From contig NW_021833011.1 of NCBI RefSeq assembly GCF_006345805.1, positions 27,017 through 91,016 on the forward strand: 64,000 bases of DNA. The letters run 5' to 3'. A program made the position numbers and the translations under genes. This document shows positions 37,105 through 50,429 of this stretch, one piece after another. The stretch is from Octopus sinensis (lineage: Eukaryota). The notes under the pieces are model-generated. The model searched no databases. It was not told the DNA's origin and saw only the letters and a list, made by a program, of their open reading frames with translations. Position 1 is the first letter of the stretch, and every line of letters begins with the position of its first letter.

Positions 37105-38780
37105 GACATTGGAGAGTTATCAAATTGTTGGATCAGGTGATGAAAGTCATGGAGAGGGTCATAGCCCAAATAATTAGGGAGAGAGTAAGTTTAGACGAGA
37201 TGCAGTTTAGGTTTGTGCCAGGGTGTAGCACCACTGACGTTATATTTCTGGTAAGACAGCTGCGGGAAATAAACCTCTGTACCTAGCCAAAGATAAACCT
37301 CTGTACTTGGCCTTCATTGACATAAAGAAAGCTTTTGACAGAGTCCCCCAATCCCTTATCTGGAGGTCACTGCAGAAAACTAGGGATAAATGAGTAGTTG
37401 GTGAGAGGTTCAAGCCATGTACAGGGATGCTGTCAGCAAGTTAAAGGTTGGCAACAAGTATAGTGAAAAATTCCAGGTAGAAGTAGAGGTTCACCTCAGC
37501 CCCCTCTTATTCATCATAGTCCTCCAGGCAGTAACTGAGGAAATCAAGATAGGCTGTCCCGGGAGCTCCTCTAAGCTGATGACTTTCCTCTATTAGCTGA
37601 TTGACTACCAGAACTAAAGAAGTTTCAGGCATTGAAGCAAGGTCTAGAATCGAAGGGCCTTAGAGTGATAGAAAAAAACCAAAGTTTTAGCAAGTAGGAA
37701 GGTTGACAAATCACGAATCCCTTCAGGTAGACTGCCCTGCTTGATCTGCAGAAAAGGTGTAGGTAGAAACTCCATAAGATGAACCCAGTGCAAGCTATGG
37801 ACATATAAAAGGTGTAGCAATGTCAAAGGAAGGTTAACCAGGAAGATAGTTGTTGTGTGTAGGTACAATAAGCACTAGAAATGTACAGAAAATAAACTCC
37901 ATCAAATGCCTGTGAGGGAGACCTAGAAGTAGTTGACAGCTTCTGCTATCTAGGTGAACAAATTAGTAGTGGAAGTGAAAGCTCCAAGTGCATAGCTGTA
38001 AGAATAAGATTAGGTTGGGCAAAGTTCAGAGAGCTTTTACCTTTGTTGGTAATGATGGGCCTCTCCCTCAGAGTGAAAGGTAGACTGTATGATATCTGTG
38101 TGCAAATAGCCATGCTATACGGCAGTGAAACATGGGCTGTGGCTGCAGAGGACATGTAAATGCTTGAAAGAAATAAAGGCACTCTGCTTCACTGGATGTG
38201 CAATGTCAGTGTGCATGTATGGCAGAGTGTAAGCATCTGGAAAGAGAAATGGTGCACAAGAGGCATCAGATGTGGTGTGCAAGAGAGAAGACTGCACTGT
38301 GGAGGGGACATGTGGAAGAGATAGACCCAAGATAGACAAGGGACGAGGTGGTGAAGCATGATCCTTGAACATTGAGCTTCATGGAGGCTATGACTAGTGA
38401 CTAACACCTTTGGCAATATTCTGTGCTTAAGAAGAACCATCAAGCCAAGTGAAATTGTAGTTGTGGCTGATGCCAGTGTTACACAAAAAGTACCTTACAA
38501 ACTTTGGTCCACACAGAGATGATAAGTTGCTGAGACCTCTGGCAATTTACCATGCTTGAGAAGACTCATCAAACCAAATGAAATCGTAGACGATGCTGGT
38601 GTCACATAAAAAGCACCCATTTCACTCTTGGAGTGGTTGGCATATGGAAAGGCATCAAGCTGTAGAATCTGTGTCAAATCTGACTGGAACCTGGTGCAGC
38701 TCTCCAGCCTATCAGTTTCAGTCAAGCCATCCAACCCATGCCAGCATGGAAAGTGGATGTTAAATGATGATGATGATGAT
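37105..38780 (+). mobile_element. Degenerate RTE/BovB LINE and 3' UTR
   Basis: Homologous to 28240-30175 with many stops; ends in (GAT)n. Confidence 0.85.
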
Positions 38781-39119
38781 GATTTACATTTTCTACTAAT
38801 CATTCTTTAAGAGAGAAATTTCTTGAAATAAGTGTTTTATTTTCTTACGTCCAATAATGTTGAACCAAGAGTTATAGCGTTGGCTGACTCTAAAGTATTT
38901 ACGAGAGGCCATTTAGCTCTGGAAGCCTTCTTCAACTGAATAACCAAGTTTCTTTCCTTGAACAGGTTACCCTGTAAGAAATTACTTATCACATGACCAT
39001 CAGCCTGAGTCATGTGATGTGGTAAGCAGGTAAATTGTGTGAAGCAGACAACACTGCCATATGAGTGATATATACATGAAACAAAAATTACAAGAAAGGT
39101 TTTAAAATGCACCATATAT

Positions 39120-39150
<31 letters not shown>

Positions 39151-39985
39151 CATACATATATATATATATCCTTGACTAAAATTTTAAAGACTACATGTTT
39201 ATTATGGACTTCTGGTCACACATGTGCAATGATATATAGCAACTAGCCTGAACATTACCTGCACCATGCCTATACATGTGTGTTGCAACGAATTTCTTTC
39301 CTTAAAATTTACAGAAAAGCATATTTTTTGATGAAATTTTTTATGAATATGCTTCAGATGGTATAAATTCCAATTCTACTGGAATTTGAGGTAAAAAATA
39401 AAAAAAGGTTTCAAAACAAATATCTGACACGTATCAGTATTTATGTCTGCAATTTTTATTTTCATATTAAATTCTTTTATTATCATAATATACACACTCT
39501 TAAAGGTACTTGTGGAAATTTTCATTTAAAAATAACCATTTTCCCAAAAGTTATGAGGAAGCAAATTTGACTTGTGTGAATTTTCTGAAACTCCTCTCTC
39601 CACTCCCTCAAAAATATTTTTTTCACACCAAATTCTCAACTTACTGGAATCTACACCATCTGAAGCCTGTTTTAATAAATGTTTTAAGCAAAAACGTTTC
39701 ATAAGAGGGAAGATCACATTTTACTAACCAGTTTCACTGTTTTCAGACTTTGAAAGTTTCAAGTATGTTCTTCAATGTATTTTTAGTCCATGTGGTAGAA
39801 GAAATAGATGGAAATAACGTATATAGCCTTGTTGCTATAAAAAGGTGTGTGGAGGGGGGTGGACTACAAGTTAGCATGTATTCTCTTGCTAAATCATATT
39901 TTCAGAAACGAAATCATTACTATTAATATGGAAATAAAGTAGTTCTTTTAAGAGAGAGGAGAAGAAAGTTTAATGTTATTTTCAG

Positions 39986-40122
39986 AAACCACATAATTCA
40001 ACGCTTCCCTTCTTGGTCCACAACAGAAAGCAGCCCCTACGACACCCAGAACTAATGTGGCATCCGGAGAAAATGCTGGCATCAAAATACAACTATTGAT
40101 TGATTCAATTTCTAATGCATCT
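39986..40122 (+). pseudogene. Disabled duplicate exon C1 (linker and start of macro-2-type domain)
   Basis: 137 nt, colinear with 48900..49036, TTTTCAG/GTGAGT sites; TAA at 39994-39996 where copy 2 has TCA. Confidence 0.8.
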
Positions 40123-40403
40123 GTGAGTAAATAGATTCACTTAACATATTTATATTTAATTGTTATTTCATTTGCAAATGAGGAATCATTACAGTTAATT
40201 AAAAACATTTTCTCAATCTAACTCAAACATTTTATTTCCTTACATCTGATCTCTTGAGTAAATCTTTTGCTAACTTTAACAACCTCAAACTTACTACAAA
40301 CCATTCTGTAGAGCCTTTCTTAACAACAATATCAACTGCAACAATGTATCTCTCTTCTCTCCACTGAATGTTCCTTAGTTGTTTACCATTAAATTCTTTG
40401 TAG

Positions 40404-40629
40404 GTTGATGTCATCATTAACAGCACCAATAAAACCTCCAGCTTAACATTGGTGTTATCTCCAAATCTATCTCAATGCTGCTGGTCCAGAGATACAAGTT
40501 GAATGTAACCAGAAATATCCTCAAGGTATTTCTACATTTGAAATAGCCATCACTAAAGGATATAACCTCAAATGTAAGAAAGTATTTCACCTGGTATTAC
40601 CTCCCTGGGATGAAAATTCATCTGATTCA
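40404..40629 (+). pseudogene. Duplicate exon D1 with two -1 frameshifts
   Basis: 226 nt versus 228 nt for 49312..49539; VDVIINSTN...AAGPEIQVEC...VFHLVLPPW. Confidence 0.8.
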
Positions 40630-40724
40630 GTAAGTATCAATCATATTATATCGATTTATTGAAAGAGTTGTTGTACAACCCTAGGTTATCATTGATCCAG
40701 CATCCCTGTGGCATGAACGGAATT

Positions 40725-42880
40725 GCACCAGGCTCCAACCTGATCTGGCATGGTTTCTGAAGCTGGATGCCCTTCCTAATACCAGCCACTCCGAGATTGT
40801 AGTGGATGCTTTTTACGTACCACTGGCATGGGGGCCAGTCATGTGGCACTGGCAACAACCAAGCTCAAATGGTGCTTTTTACATGCCACCAGCATGGGAA
40901 CAATCAGGCAACACTGGCAACAACCTCACTCGAATGGTGCTTTTTACATGCCACCAGCACAGCTGCCAATCAGGCAGTATTGGCATCCTCTATAACAATG
41001 ATTTCACTTGACTCAACAGGTCTCCTCAAGTGCAGTTTATTGGCCAAGGATTGATGGGTACTCTTAAATGGGCTGGTTATGTTACACTGGCATAGGTCAT
41101 GGTTATCGTCTCACTTGGCTTGCCAGGTCTTCTCAAGTACAGCATATCTCCAAAGGTTTCTGTTGCTTGTCATCACCTCTGTGAGGCCAACATTTTATGG
41201 TCATGCTTCACCACCTCATCCCATGTCTTCCTGGGTCTACCTCTTCTACAAGTACCTTCCACTGCTAGGTGTGACACTTTTTCACACAGCTATCCTCATC
41301 CATTTGCACCACATGACCATACCAGTGCAGTCGTCTCTCTTGCACACCACATCTGATGATTCTTATGTCCAACTTTTTTCTCAGGGTTCTTAAACTCTGT
41401 TGTGTATCCACACTGACATTACACATCCAGTGGAGCATACTGGTTTCATTCCTTGTGACCTTATGCATGTCTTCAACTGTCACAGCCTATGTTTCACTGC
41501 CATGTAGCATAGCTGTTCTCACACATGTGTCATACAGTCTACCTTTGTTACCAGCAGAGGTAGGAGCTCTCTGCACTTTGCCTGGGGTATTCTCATTCAA
41601 GAAGTTCTGCTCTCAGTGCATCCACCCCCAATGCTGGCTTGGTCACCTTGGTAACAGAAGCTATGAACTACTTCTAGTTTCTCCACCTGGCATGTGATGG
41701 AATCTGTTTCCTGCACATTTCCAGTGTTTATCGCCCCTCTGCATTTGGCACACACAAAAACTATCTTCCCAGTTAGCCTTCTTTGATATTGCTGCACCTC
41801 TTGTGTGTCCATAGCTTGCACTGGGTACATCTTATGGAATTTCTACTGATGCCTTTTCTACAGATCAAGCAGAACATCTACCTGAATGGATTTGTGATTT
41901 GTCTGTCTTCCTACTTATTAAGACGTTAGTTTTTGCGAAATTCTCTCTAAGACCCTTGATTCTAGACACTACTTCCACACCTGAAACTTCTTTAGTTCTG
42001 ATAGTAACTCAGCTATAAGAGCAAGATCATCAGCATCAAGGATCTCCCAGGGGCATCCTATCTTGAATTCCTCTGTTATTGTCTGGAGGACTATGATGAA
42101 TAAAATGGAGTTAGGGACTTGGTCCTTGGTGGATCCCTACTCAGAATTCTTCACTATACTTGTTGACAACCCTCACCTTACTGACAGTATCCCTGCACAT
42201 GGCTTGTACAGCCTTCACTAACCATTCATCTATCCCCAGTTTCCGCATTGACCACCAGATAAGTGATCAGGGGACCCTGTCAAAGGCTTTCTCCATGTCA
42301 ACGAAAGTCAGGTACAGAGGTTTATTTTTGGCTAGGTATTTCTCCAGCAGCAGTCTTACCAGAAATATAGCATCAGTGGTGCTTTTCCCTGGCACAAACC
42401 CAAACTGTATCTTGTCTAAACTAACTCTCTCCCTAATTAGTTGGGCTACAACCCTCTCTGTGACTTTCATTACCTGATCCAACAACGTGATACCTCTCTA
42501 ATTATTTCTATCTAAAGTGTCACCTTTATCTTTGTAGCAGTTGACTATTATGCTGCTACACCAGTCATTGGGTACGACTCTTTCATGTATCACCTGATTG
42601 ACTATATGGGTGACTAGGCTATAGCCGACACTGCCAGATGTTTTAAGCATCTCTGCAGTGTTTCCTGATGGGTCGGGGCTTTCCCTGTCTTCATACCCTT
42701 AATTGCTTTATCTACCCAGTTACAGTAAATTTAGATAGTTGGTCTCTCTGTTGGGTCGACATTTGGCAGACTCTCATTCTCCCATTCATTCTCTTCATTT
42801 GACAACCTTTCATAGTGGTATCTCCAAGTCTCTCTCTTTGCAGCATCATTAAATGCAATTGAGCCATTACCCATGCAGAC
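40725..42880 (-). mobile_element. RTE/BovB LINE fragments and 3' UTR
   Basis: Minus ORFs 41265..41483 and 42267..42485 (QFGFVPGKSTTDAIF, FVDMEKAFD). Confidence 0.85.
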
Positions 42881-42889
42881 ACATTTCTT

Positions 42890-43950
42890 TTCCATAAATA
42901 ATGTGATTTTTTCCATTGCATGAACTGAAAGTCGGAGGGGGATGGGAAAAAATACTACCTGCATCAACTTGCTATAAAAGCAGGTAGTAATTTTACCTTT
43001 GAATTATTCTTAATTCAAATTTTGAAGAGTGTAGTTCAATTTTAACAGTCATTTTTCAAAGCTACAATGGAAGTTACAAAGGAGCATATTCGGCATAAAG
43101 ACAATGGAAAGTGTGAGGAATATTAATACAGTATATGAGGATTGGACAATAAGTATAAGCCAGTGTCAATGGTGGTTCCACAAATTCTGTGTTGGAAACT
43201 ACAGCCTAGAAGACAACCCTCATTCTGGAAGATCTGTAGAGCTCTATGAGGATGTCCTGCAAAGCCTGGTGGAACAAAATCCCATCATACTGTTAAGGAA
43301 CTAACAGAGAAGCTTGTATTTGGTCATTCAACCATTCATCGACACCTGCATGCCACCAGACAAAGTCAGCAAACAGCAAATGGTGTCAATGATTTCCTCA
43401 CTAACTTTCTGAGTCTAATCATGCACTGAGAGTGAAGGTGTGCTCTTCTTTGCTGTCACATCTCATGAATGAATCTTTTTTGGACTGAATAGCGACTGGT
43501 GACAAGAAATGGGTTCTCTATAAGAATGTCAAGTACTGAAGTGTGTAGGGAAAGGAGAAAGACCGATACACCAGGAGAAAGAAGGTCTTCATCCATATAA
43601 GGTGTTGTTATCAGTTTGGTGAGATATGAAAGGTTAAGTCCACTTTGAACTTTTAAACCCAAACCAAACAATAACAAAGGAGATCTACAGTGAGCAGCTT
43701 GAGCAGTTAAGTCAGCACTAGAAGAACAACGACCATCTTTGGTTTGAAGACGAAAGGTGTTCTTCCATCAGGATAATGTTTGGCCACATACAGCAAGAAT
43801 GACATTCCAAAGGCTGGAGCAGTTTGAATGGGAAACGATGCCCCACCCACCATATTCATCAGACATTGCTCCATCTGATTATATCATTCATTCTGCAGTC
43901 TTCAAAAATGATTTGGATGTAAAAAATATGAATTCTACAGACGAGGTCAG
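42890..43950 (+). mobile_element. Degenerate mariner transposon
   Basis: MEVTKEHIRH start (~43067), HSGRS, VTGDKKW, FHQDNVWPHTA, PHPPYSSDIAPSDY. Confidence 0.88.
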
Positions 43951-44090
43951 AATAGCAATGAAAAAACAGGGTTTGTGCATAGAAGCTGTGATACAACGGA
44001 AGTAAACTTTAGAAGACATTGTTTTAAACAGTATGAAAGCAATGCGTGAGAGATAATACATGTGTGTGTGTGTGTATGTATATATATAGG

Positions 44091-44124
<34 letters not shown>

Positions 44125-45090
44125 AAAATAATAGAGAGAGATTCATGGTAACAAATAGAGAGAAAGACATTTGTAGTTGAGTTCTCGTTGCAAATTATAT
44201 TTTCATATTATTTATGGATGACCATTCATTGGGATGCAGATTTTGAATATCAAATTCGTTTTTTCTTGAGGATACATCGTTTCAGGGACTTTCAGGGCTA
44301 ACCACACATACAGAACCATATACACTCATATCTATATAATAGATGTACAAGATGTGTGTGTACAGACTAATGTAAATGTCTTGTCTATATATATATATAG
44401 AATATCAGTATATATATATTTTTATAGTAATGTAAACTATATTGTCTATGCATAGATGGATGTAAGCAAGATGGGTGTATATAAACTAAGCGTCATATAT
44501 ACACTTTCTGTATACAATATGTGTTGGGGACAGGAAAAGATTGTTTGGCTAGACCAGTTCCTTTTCTTCTTTCTCCTTTTATCTATACCCACAGTGTTGG
44601 GTACACGTCTGCAGATATACTCTGTAGGACAGTATATATAGCATTGAAGTAAAGCACTGTTGACATACCAGTAATTCACTGGAATTTACTCAAAGCCAGT
44701 CTGTTTCAACAGAAATGTTCTTCTTTTGGTTTTAATCAGTTTTGAAAGTAATGAGGAATTAAGTAAATTAGCTTTGTCATTATTAAGCTGGTGTTTGGGC
44801 ATAACATGGAATCTTGATACCAGTTTCAATTCCATGAATAATTTTTTACAGTCACTTAAACAAGCAAATTTCATTTCCTTTTATTCTGTAAATAAAAATT
44901 CCTCCCCAAACTACAGAATATTCAAAAGCCTGTTCATCATAGGAAGTTATTCTATGATACAATAAATGAAAATATTAATTTAAAACAATATTTGTGATAG
45001 AAACAATGAGTTAAAACATTGCATTGTAATTAACAGAAATTAATTATTTTTTCATTGAGTGATAATGAATTATTTGCTTACTTTTAACAG

Positions 45091-45145
45091 AGATTTAAAG
45101 AATATTTCCAACAAATGTCAGTAGATGGTTCAGATGTATCATCAG
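45091..45145 (+). CDS. Duplicate exon F1 (open; usage uncertain)
   Basis: 55 nt, TTTTAACAG/GTAAAT, RFKEYFQQMSVDGSDVSS(G); paralog of 56156..56210. Confidence 0.6.
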
Positions 45146-46299
45146 GTAAATTCTTTTGTTTTTTTTTTCCTCATCATCATCATCATCAATTATTTTTATT
45201 GTTATATTATTATTGAATGAGAGCAGCAAATGCCATCAAAGTGACAATGGGGTACAAATATACAAAGCGCAGTATCCACATCATTTCTACCCATCTGTTA
45301 AGGGTACACCAGGATCATGCATCACAACCATATGTGCACAACATCGTTATCTCTTATCAAGATAAACAGTGCATGGCCTATCAGGTGGGGGCCCAGTTAG
45401 AATTTCTTCAGGTCAAGTAGTCCATCGCACCCAAAAGGTCCTGAATAAGGTTATTAAAGGATGTTGAGTGAAACACTCTTGTCTCCAGGGTGAATTATTC
45501 AAACCCCAAAGAATCCAACTCACCACATAGCTATGATGCACCCACACTACTTCTGCTCATGATCAGAGAAGCACATATCATCAGCCACTAAGGGACATGC
45601 TCAAATGGTTATGGTCAAACAACTGACAAGAAAAACAGTGCTATGAATGTACCAACACACACGAGTTCAAGACATGACAATCCTCACACACTTCTCCTGA
45701 GGTATTCCAGAAAGAACTTCATGAAACTATTACAAGAACGCTTCCAACCGATTTCAGTAACCATTAGAAGAATAAGAAAACCAACTATAATAGGGACTCC
45801 GTTAGTTCCTAGCAATCTCTGAGGTAGGAATTTTTATAATCCAAAATTATAGACCATGAATAATTCAATTATTTCTAACAGTTATTATAGTCCACTCTGC
45901 ATTGTTGTACCATTCCAGATATGTTACATTGCTTATATATATGTATGTTTCTTTAAGAAAGTCAGATGGAACTTGGAAGGTAGTAAATAGTCATGAACTT
46001 GATGTCTTGAAATGGTGTTTTCTTCAGATGGTTCCCAGAATGGTTGAACATTTAACTTCACACCTTCCAGTTGATGTTGCATTCTACAAACATCCAGCAC
46101 AACTGAATTATGAAAAAGTAAACAGATAAAATCATTCGTTGGTGAGGGATTAGGGGTGAGTTGGGGAGTTCAGTGGGTAAAGACAGAAAAGTATTTGAAG
46201 ACAAAGTAATGTCATTATTATAATACATTAGCAAACAGAAAAATATAATCAACATTTAACTGATACTAAGTAAAGACTATCTCTATTAATTATAACAAA

Positions 46300-47090
46300 T
46301 ACAAGAAACATCACTGGAATGTTAGTTTCAAATTTTGGCACAAGGCCAGCAATTTCAGGAGAGTGGCTAAGTTAATTACATCAACCACAGTGCTCAGCTG
46401 GTACTTATTTTATTGACCATAAACATCACTGGAATTTTGGTTTCAAATTTTGGCACAAGGCCAGCAATTTCAGGAGAGTGGCTAAGTCAATTATATCAAC
46501 CCCAGTGCTTAACTGGTACTTATTTTATTGACCATAAACATCACTGGAATTTTGGTTCAAATTTTGGCACAAGGCCAGTAATTTCACTTGAATTTTGTGG
46601 AACCAGTTGCTCCTGTATGATAAAACTTGATATTTATTTAACTGTCAATCAGTGAGATATTAGACTAAATCAATTGAAGATCAGGCAACAGACTCAGTAG
46701 TTGTCAATTGTATTCTATCATTTATAAATTCAACACAAGAAAGTCTCTTTTCAAGTATGGACTGTATTAAAAACACACACACACAACACCACACACACAC
46801 ACACACACGCACACACACAGAGTTTGACACATGCTTTGATTTTTTGGAAAATACAACATTGAACAAAGGATATTCCAACATTTGAATGAAACCATTTCAC
46901 TTTGATTTGTGGAACCAATTGCTCCTGTATGATAAAACTTAATATCTATTTAATCAGTGAGATATTAGACTTAATCAGTTGAAGATCAGACAACAGACTC
47001 AGTAGTTGTCCGTTTGTATTCTGTCATTTAAACCTCAACACAGGAGAGTCTCTCTTTTTCAAATATGGACTTTATGAAATTTTTACTCAT
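46300..47090. repeat. Local tandem duplications (~124-bp SINE-fragment unit; ~170-bp block repeated ~325 bp apart)
   Basis: AAACATCACTGGAAT..CAAATTTTGGCACAAGGCCAG occurs three times; GGAACCA.TTGCTCCTGTATGATAAAACTT at ~46598 and ~46911. Confidence 0.8.
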
Positions 47091-47148
47091 CATACATTGA
47101 AGGACAAATCTTTCAATTTACGATTTAATATAGTAGAACATTTAATAT

Positions 47149-47204
<56 letters not shown>

Positions 47205-47407
47205 GGTGTTGTGTGTGTATATATACCTGTTATATACATTATATTATTTTTGTAATTTACTTAATTTTTACTTTTTAATTGTCATTTTAATTTTAACTTT
47301 TCTATGGTATGCAATTTTCTAGATGGTGTAACTTAATTGTTCATTTTGAATCGATAAAAGGTGTATTTTTCCTAATATTTTATGTATAAGCATGTATATA
47401 TATATAT

Positions 47408-48854
47408 TAGACCAAAGTTATAGTAAGCAGAAAGGCGAACTCAGCACACACACCCTCGGGCAGGTGACCCTGCCAGATCTGTAGGAAAGGTGTAGGTAGA
47501 AACTCCATAAGATGCACCCAATGTAAGCTATGGATGCATAAGAGGTGCAGCAACATTAAAGGGAAATTAACTGATAAGATAGCTTTCATATGCAGCAGAT
47601 GCACAGGGACAATAGACACCACAGACACACAGAAAACATATTCCATCTCACTCCAGGGGAAGAAACTAGAAGTAGTTGACAGTTTCCGCTACCTGGGTGA
47701 CCAAGTTAGTAGTGGAGGTGGATGCTCAGAGAGTATCACCACTAGAATACAAATAGCCTGGGCAAAGTTCAGAAAGCTCCTACCCCTACTGGCGACAAAG
47801 GGCCTCTACACAGAATGTCACAGGGATGGCCAAAGGTAGATTGTATGATGCATGTGGGCGAACTGCCATGCTTCACGGTAGTGAAACATGGGCTGTGACT
47901 GCAGAGGACATGCGTATACTTGAAAGAAATGAAGTAGCATGATCCGCTGGTTGTGTAATGTCAGTGTGCACGCACGACAGAGTGTAAGCACCTTGAGAGA
48001 AATGCTGGACATAAGAAGCATCAGATGTGGTGTGCAAGAGCGACGCTTGCGATGGTATGGTCATGTACTGGATGGATGAGGAGAGATGTGTGAAGAAGTG
48101 CAACTCCAAAAAAGTTGACGGTATCAGGGGGAGAGGTAGACCCAGGAAGACATGAGATGAGGTAGTCAAGCATGACCTCAGAGCGTTGGGCTCACTGAGG
48201 CAATGGCGAAGGACAGAGATCTCTGGAGATATGCTGTGACTGCAAAGACCCGGGTGCTTCATGCACCAGTTTCGCATAGCCCTGCCCATTCAAAGTACCT
48301 GGATCCCAAACGTCCACTGTGCTTGAGGAGACCTGTTGAGTCAAGTACATGAAGATGAACATCGAAATAAATATCAATGGAAATAGTTGTGATACCTGTG
48401 CCGGTGACAATAAAAAAGCACCATCCGAACGTGGCCGTAGCAGCACCGGCTCGACTGGCTTCTGTGCCGGTGGCACATAAAAAGTACCATCCAAACGTGG
48501 CCGATGCCAGCACCGCCTCGACTGGCTCTTGTACCGGTGGCACATAAAAAGCACTATCTGAACATGGCCGTTGCCAGCGCCACCTTGGCTGGCTTCCGTG
48601 CCGGTGGCACGTTGAAAGCTCCAACCGATTATGACCGATGCCGGACCCCCCCAGGCACCTGTGCAGGTGGCACGTAAAAAGCACCCACTACACTCACGGA
48701 GTGGTTGGCGTTAGGAAGGGCATCCAGCTGTAGAAACTCTGCCAGATCAGACTGGAGCCTGGGTGCAGCCCTGGCTTCCCAGACCCTGGTCGAACCGTCC
48801 AACCCGTGCTAGCGCGGAAAACGGACGTTAAACGATGATGATGATGATGATGAT
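47408..48854 (+). mobile_element. 5'-truncated, young RTE/BovB LINE
   Basis: Closely similar to 28805-30175; CpG-rich VNTR; (GAT)n tail. Confidence 0.92.
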
Positions 48855-48899
48855 ATATATACACACACACACATGTTAATTAATACTTGTTCTTTTCAG

Positions 48900-49036
48900 G
48901 AACCTCATCATCAAACCCATCCCCTCTTCATCCACAACAGAAAGCAGCTTCTGTGATACCCAAAACTAATGTGGCCCTGACAAAGAATCCTGGCATCAAA
49001 ATAAACCTAATGATTGATTCAATTTCTAATGCATCT
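48900..49036 (+). CDS. PARP14-like: Macro-PARP exon C2
   Basis: TCTTTTCAG/GTGAGT, phase 1-0, open: TSSSNPSPLHPQQKAASVIPKTNVALTKNPGIKINLMIDSISNAS. Confidence 0.8.
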
Positions 49037-49311
49037 GTGAGTAAATAGATTCATGTAACTTATTATTTAATTATTATTTCATTTCCAAATGAGGAATCAT
49101 TACAGTTAATTAAAACATTTTCTCAATCTAACTCAAACATTTATTTCCTTCACATCTGATATCTTGAGAAATCTTTTGCTAACTTTAACAACCTCAAACT
49201 TACTACAACCATTCTGTAGAGCCTTTCTTAACAACAATATCAACTGCAACAATGTATCTCTCTTCTCTCCACTGAATGTTCCTTAGTTGTTTACCATTAA
49301 TTCTTTTGTAG

Positions 49312-49539
49312 GTTGATGTCATCATTAACAGCACCAATAAACACCTCCAGCTTAACATTGGTGCTATCTCCAAATATATTCTCCTTGCTGCTGGTCCAGA
49401 GATACAAGTTGAATGTAACCAGAAATATCCTCAAGGTATTTCTACATTTGAAATAGTCATTACTAAAGGATATAACCTCAACTGTAAGAATGTATTTCAT
49501 CTGGTATTACCTCCCTGGGATGAAAATTCATCTGATTCA
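49312..49539 (+). CDS. PARP14-like: Macro-PARP exon D2: first half of macro-2-type domain
   Basis: TTTTGTAG/GTAAGT, 76 codons: VDVIINSTNKHLQLNIGAISKYILLAAGPEIQVEC...GYNLNCKNVFHLVLPPW. Confidence 0.9.
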
Positions 49540-49639
49540 GTAAGTATCAATCATATTATATCGATTTATTGAAAGAGTTGTTGTACAACCCTAGATTATC
49601 ATTGATCCAGCATCCCTGTGGCATGAACGGAATTGTCCA

Positions 49640-49930
49640 TAAAACTATGCACAATCCACAGATGTGTTTTTCCAGTCATACAACACTTCCGTCTGCTTCA
49701 AGACAGTAGCATGTATGTTGATGTCCACTGATGTACAGTATGGGCTACAGTGTGACAGTCTGGACTTGTAGCATTCCTTATAGTTTCCAGATCATGAATT
49801 CTCGGAATGGCCACTGGAAAGATAGGCAACTGCCACCATTGAGGAAAACTGACCTTTTTCCCACATGGTGATGGACGATAGGCAACTGATTACGAATCAA
49901 ATAGCCAATGTTAGGAGCATATTCCATGAG
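49640..49930 (+). mobile_element. Highly degenerate mariner N-terminal fragment
   Basis: YG...SGxP.TA..EEN...HMVMDDR.LIT.QIA-like residues. Confidence 0.4.
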
Positions 49931-50429
49931 ACAGTTTTGTCCTCACCAACCATTCTAATTGTTCCTAATGCTTGCTAACATCCAGTTCGAAATTGATTGA
50001 TATACATTGTATTGTAGATATTCCTTGAACAAACTATTACATTAAAATACAGTCTCTTGTGTGCAGTGTAGAGGATGTTGTATCCCAAACACTGCATCCC
50101 AGGCGGTTCTCTGTGTTGTCCTACCTTGTGGGCTCTATTGCTGCATTTTACAATGTGTTCTCACTCAGATTTCCCTCTTGTAAAGAATCATTAATCTCTC
50201 TTATTACCTGTTGTTGTTTCCATTAATTACAAGAGCCTACTTCAATTACACTGTGTATCCACCTAATCTTACAACATTTCTCTTTCTATTCATGGCATCC
50301 ATATGTTCATTCAGACAGGCTTCCTTCTATCACATGATCTATGTTGATCCTTCTGTCACATGATCTATGTTAATCCAATGATCACGTCGTCTATGAATCT
50401 AGTAATCACTTGATGTTGTTTAAATGTTA

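Noticed and set aside
39994-39996. Rescue of the C1 TAA by cephalopod A-to-I editing (TAA to TGG)
   Set aside because: It needs double editing, and D1 frameshifts plus the missing E1 would still disable the module; no supporting evidence in the sequence
40031-40122. Alternative acceptor downstream of the C1 stop (AAG at 40030 or CAG at 40033, both phase-compatible)
   Set aside because: An earlier CAG at 40026 would compete, and downstream D1 is frameshifted; cannot be supported without RNA data
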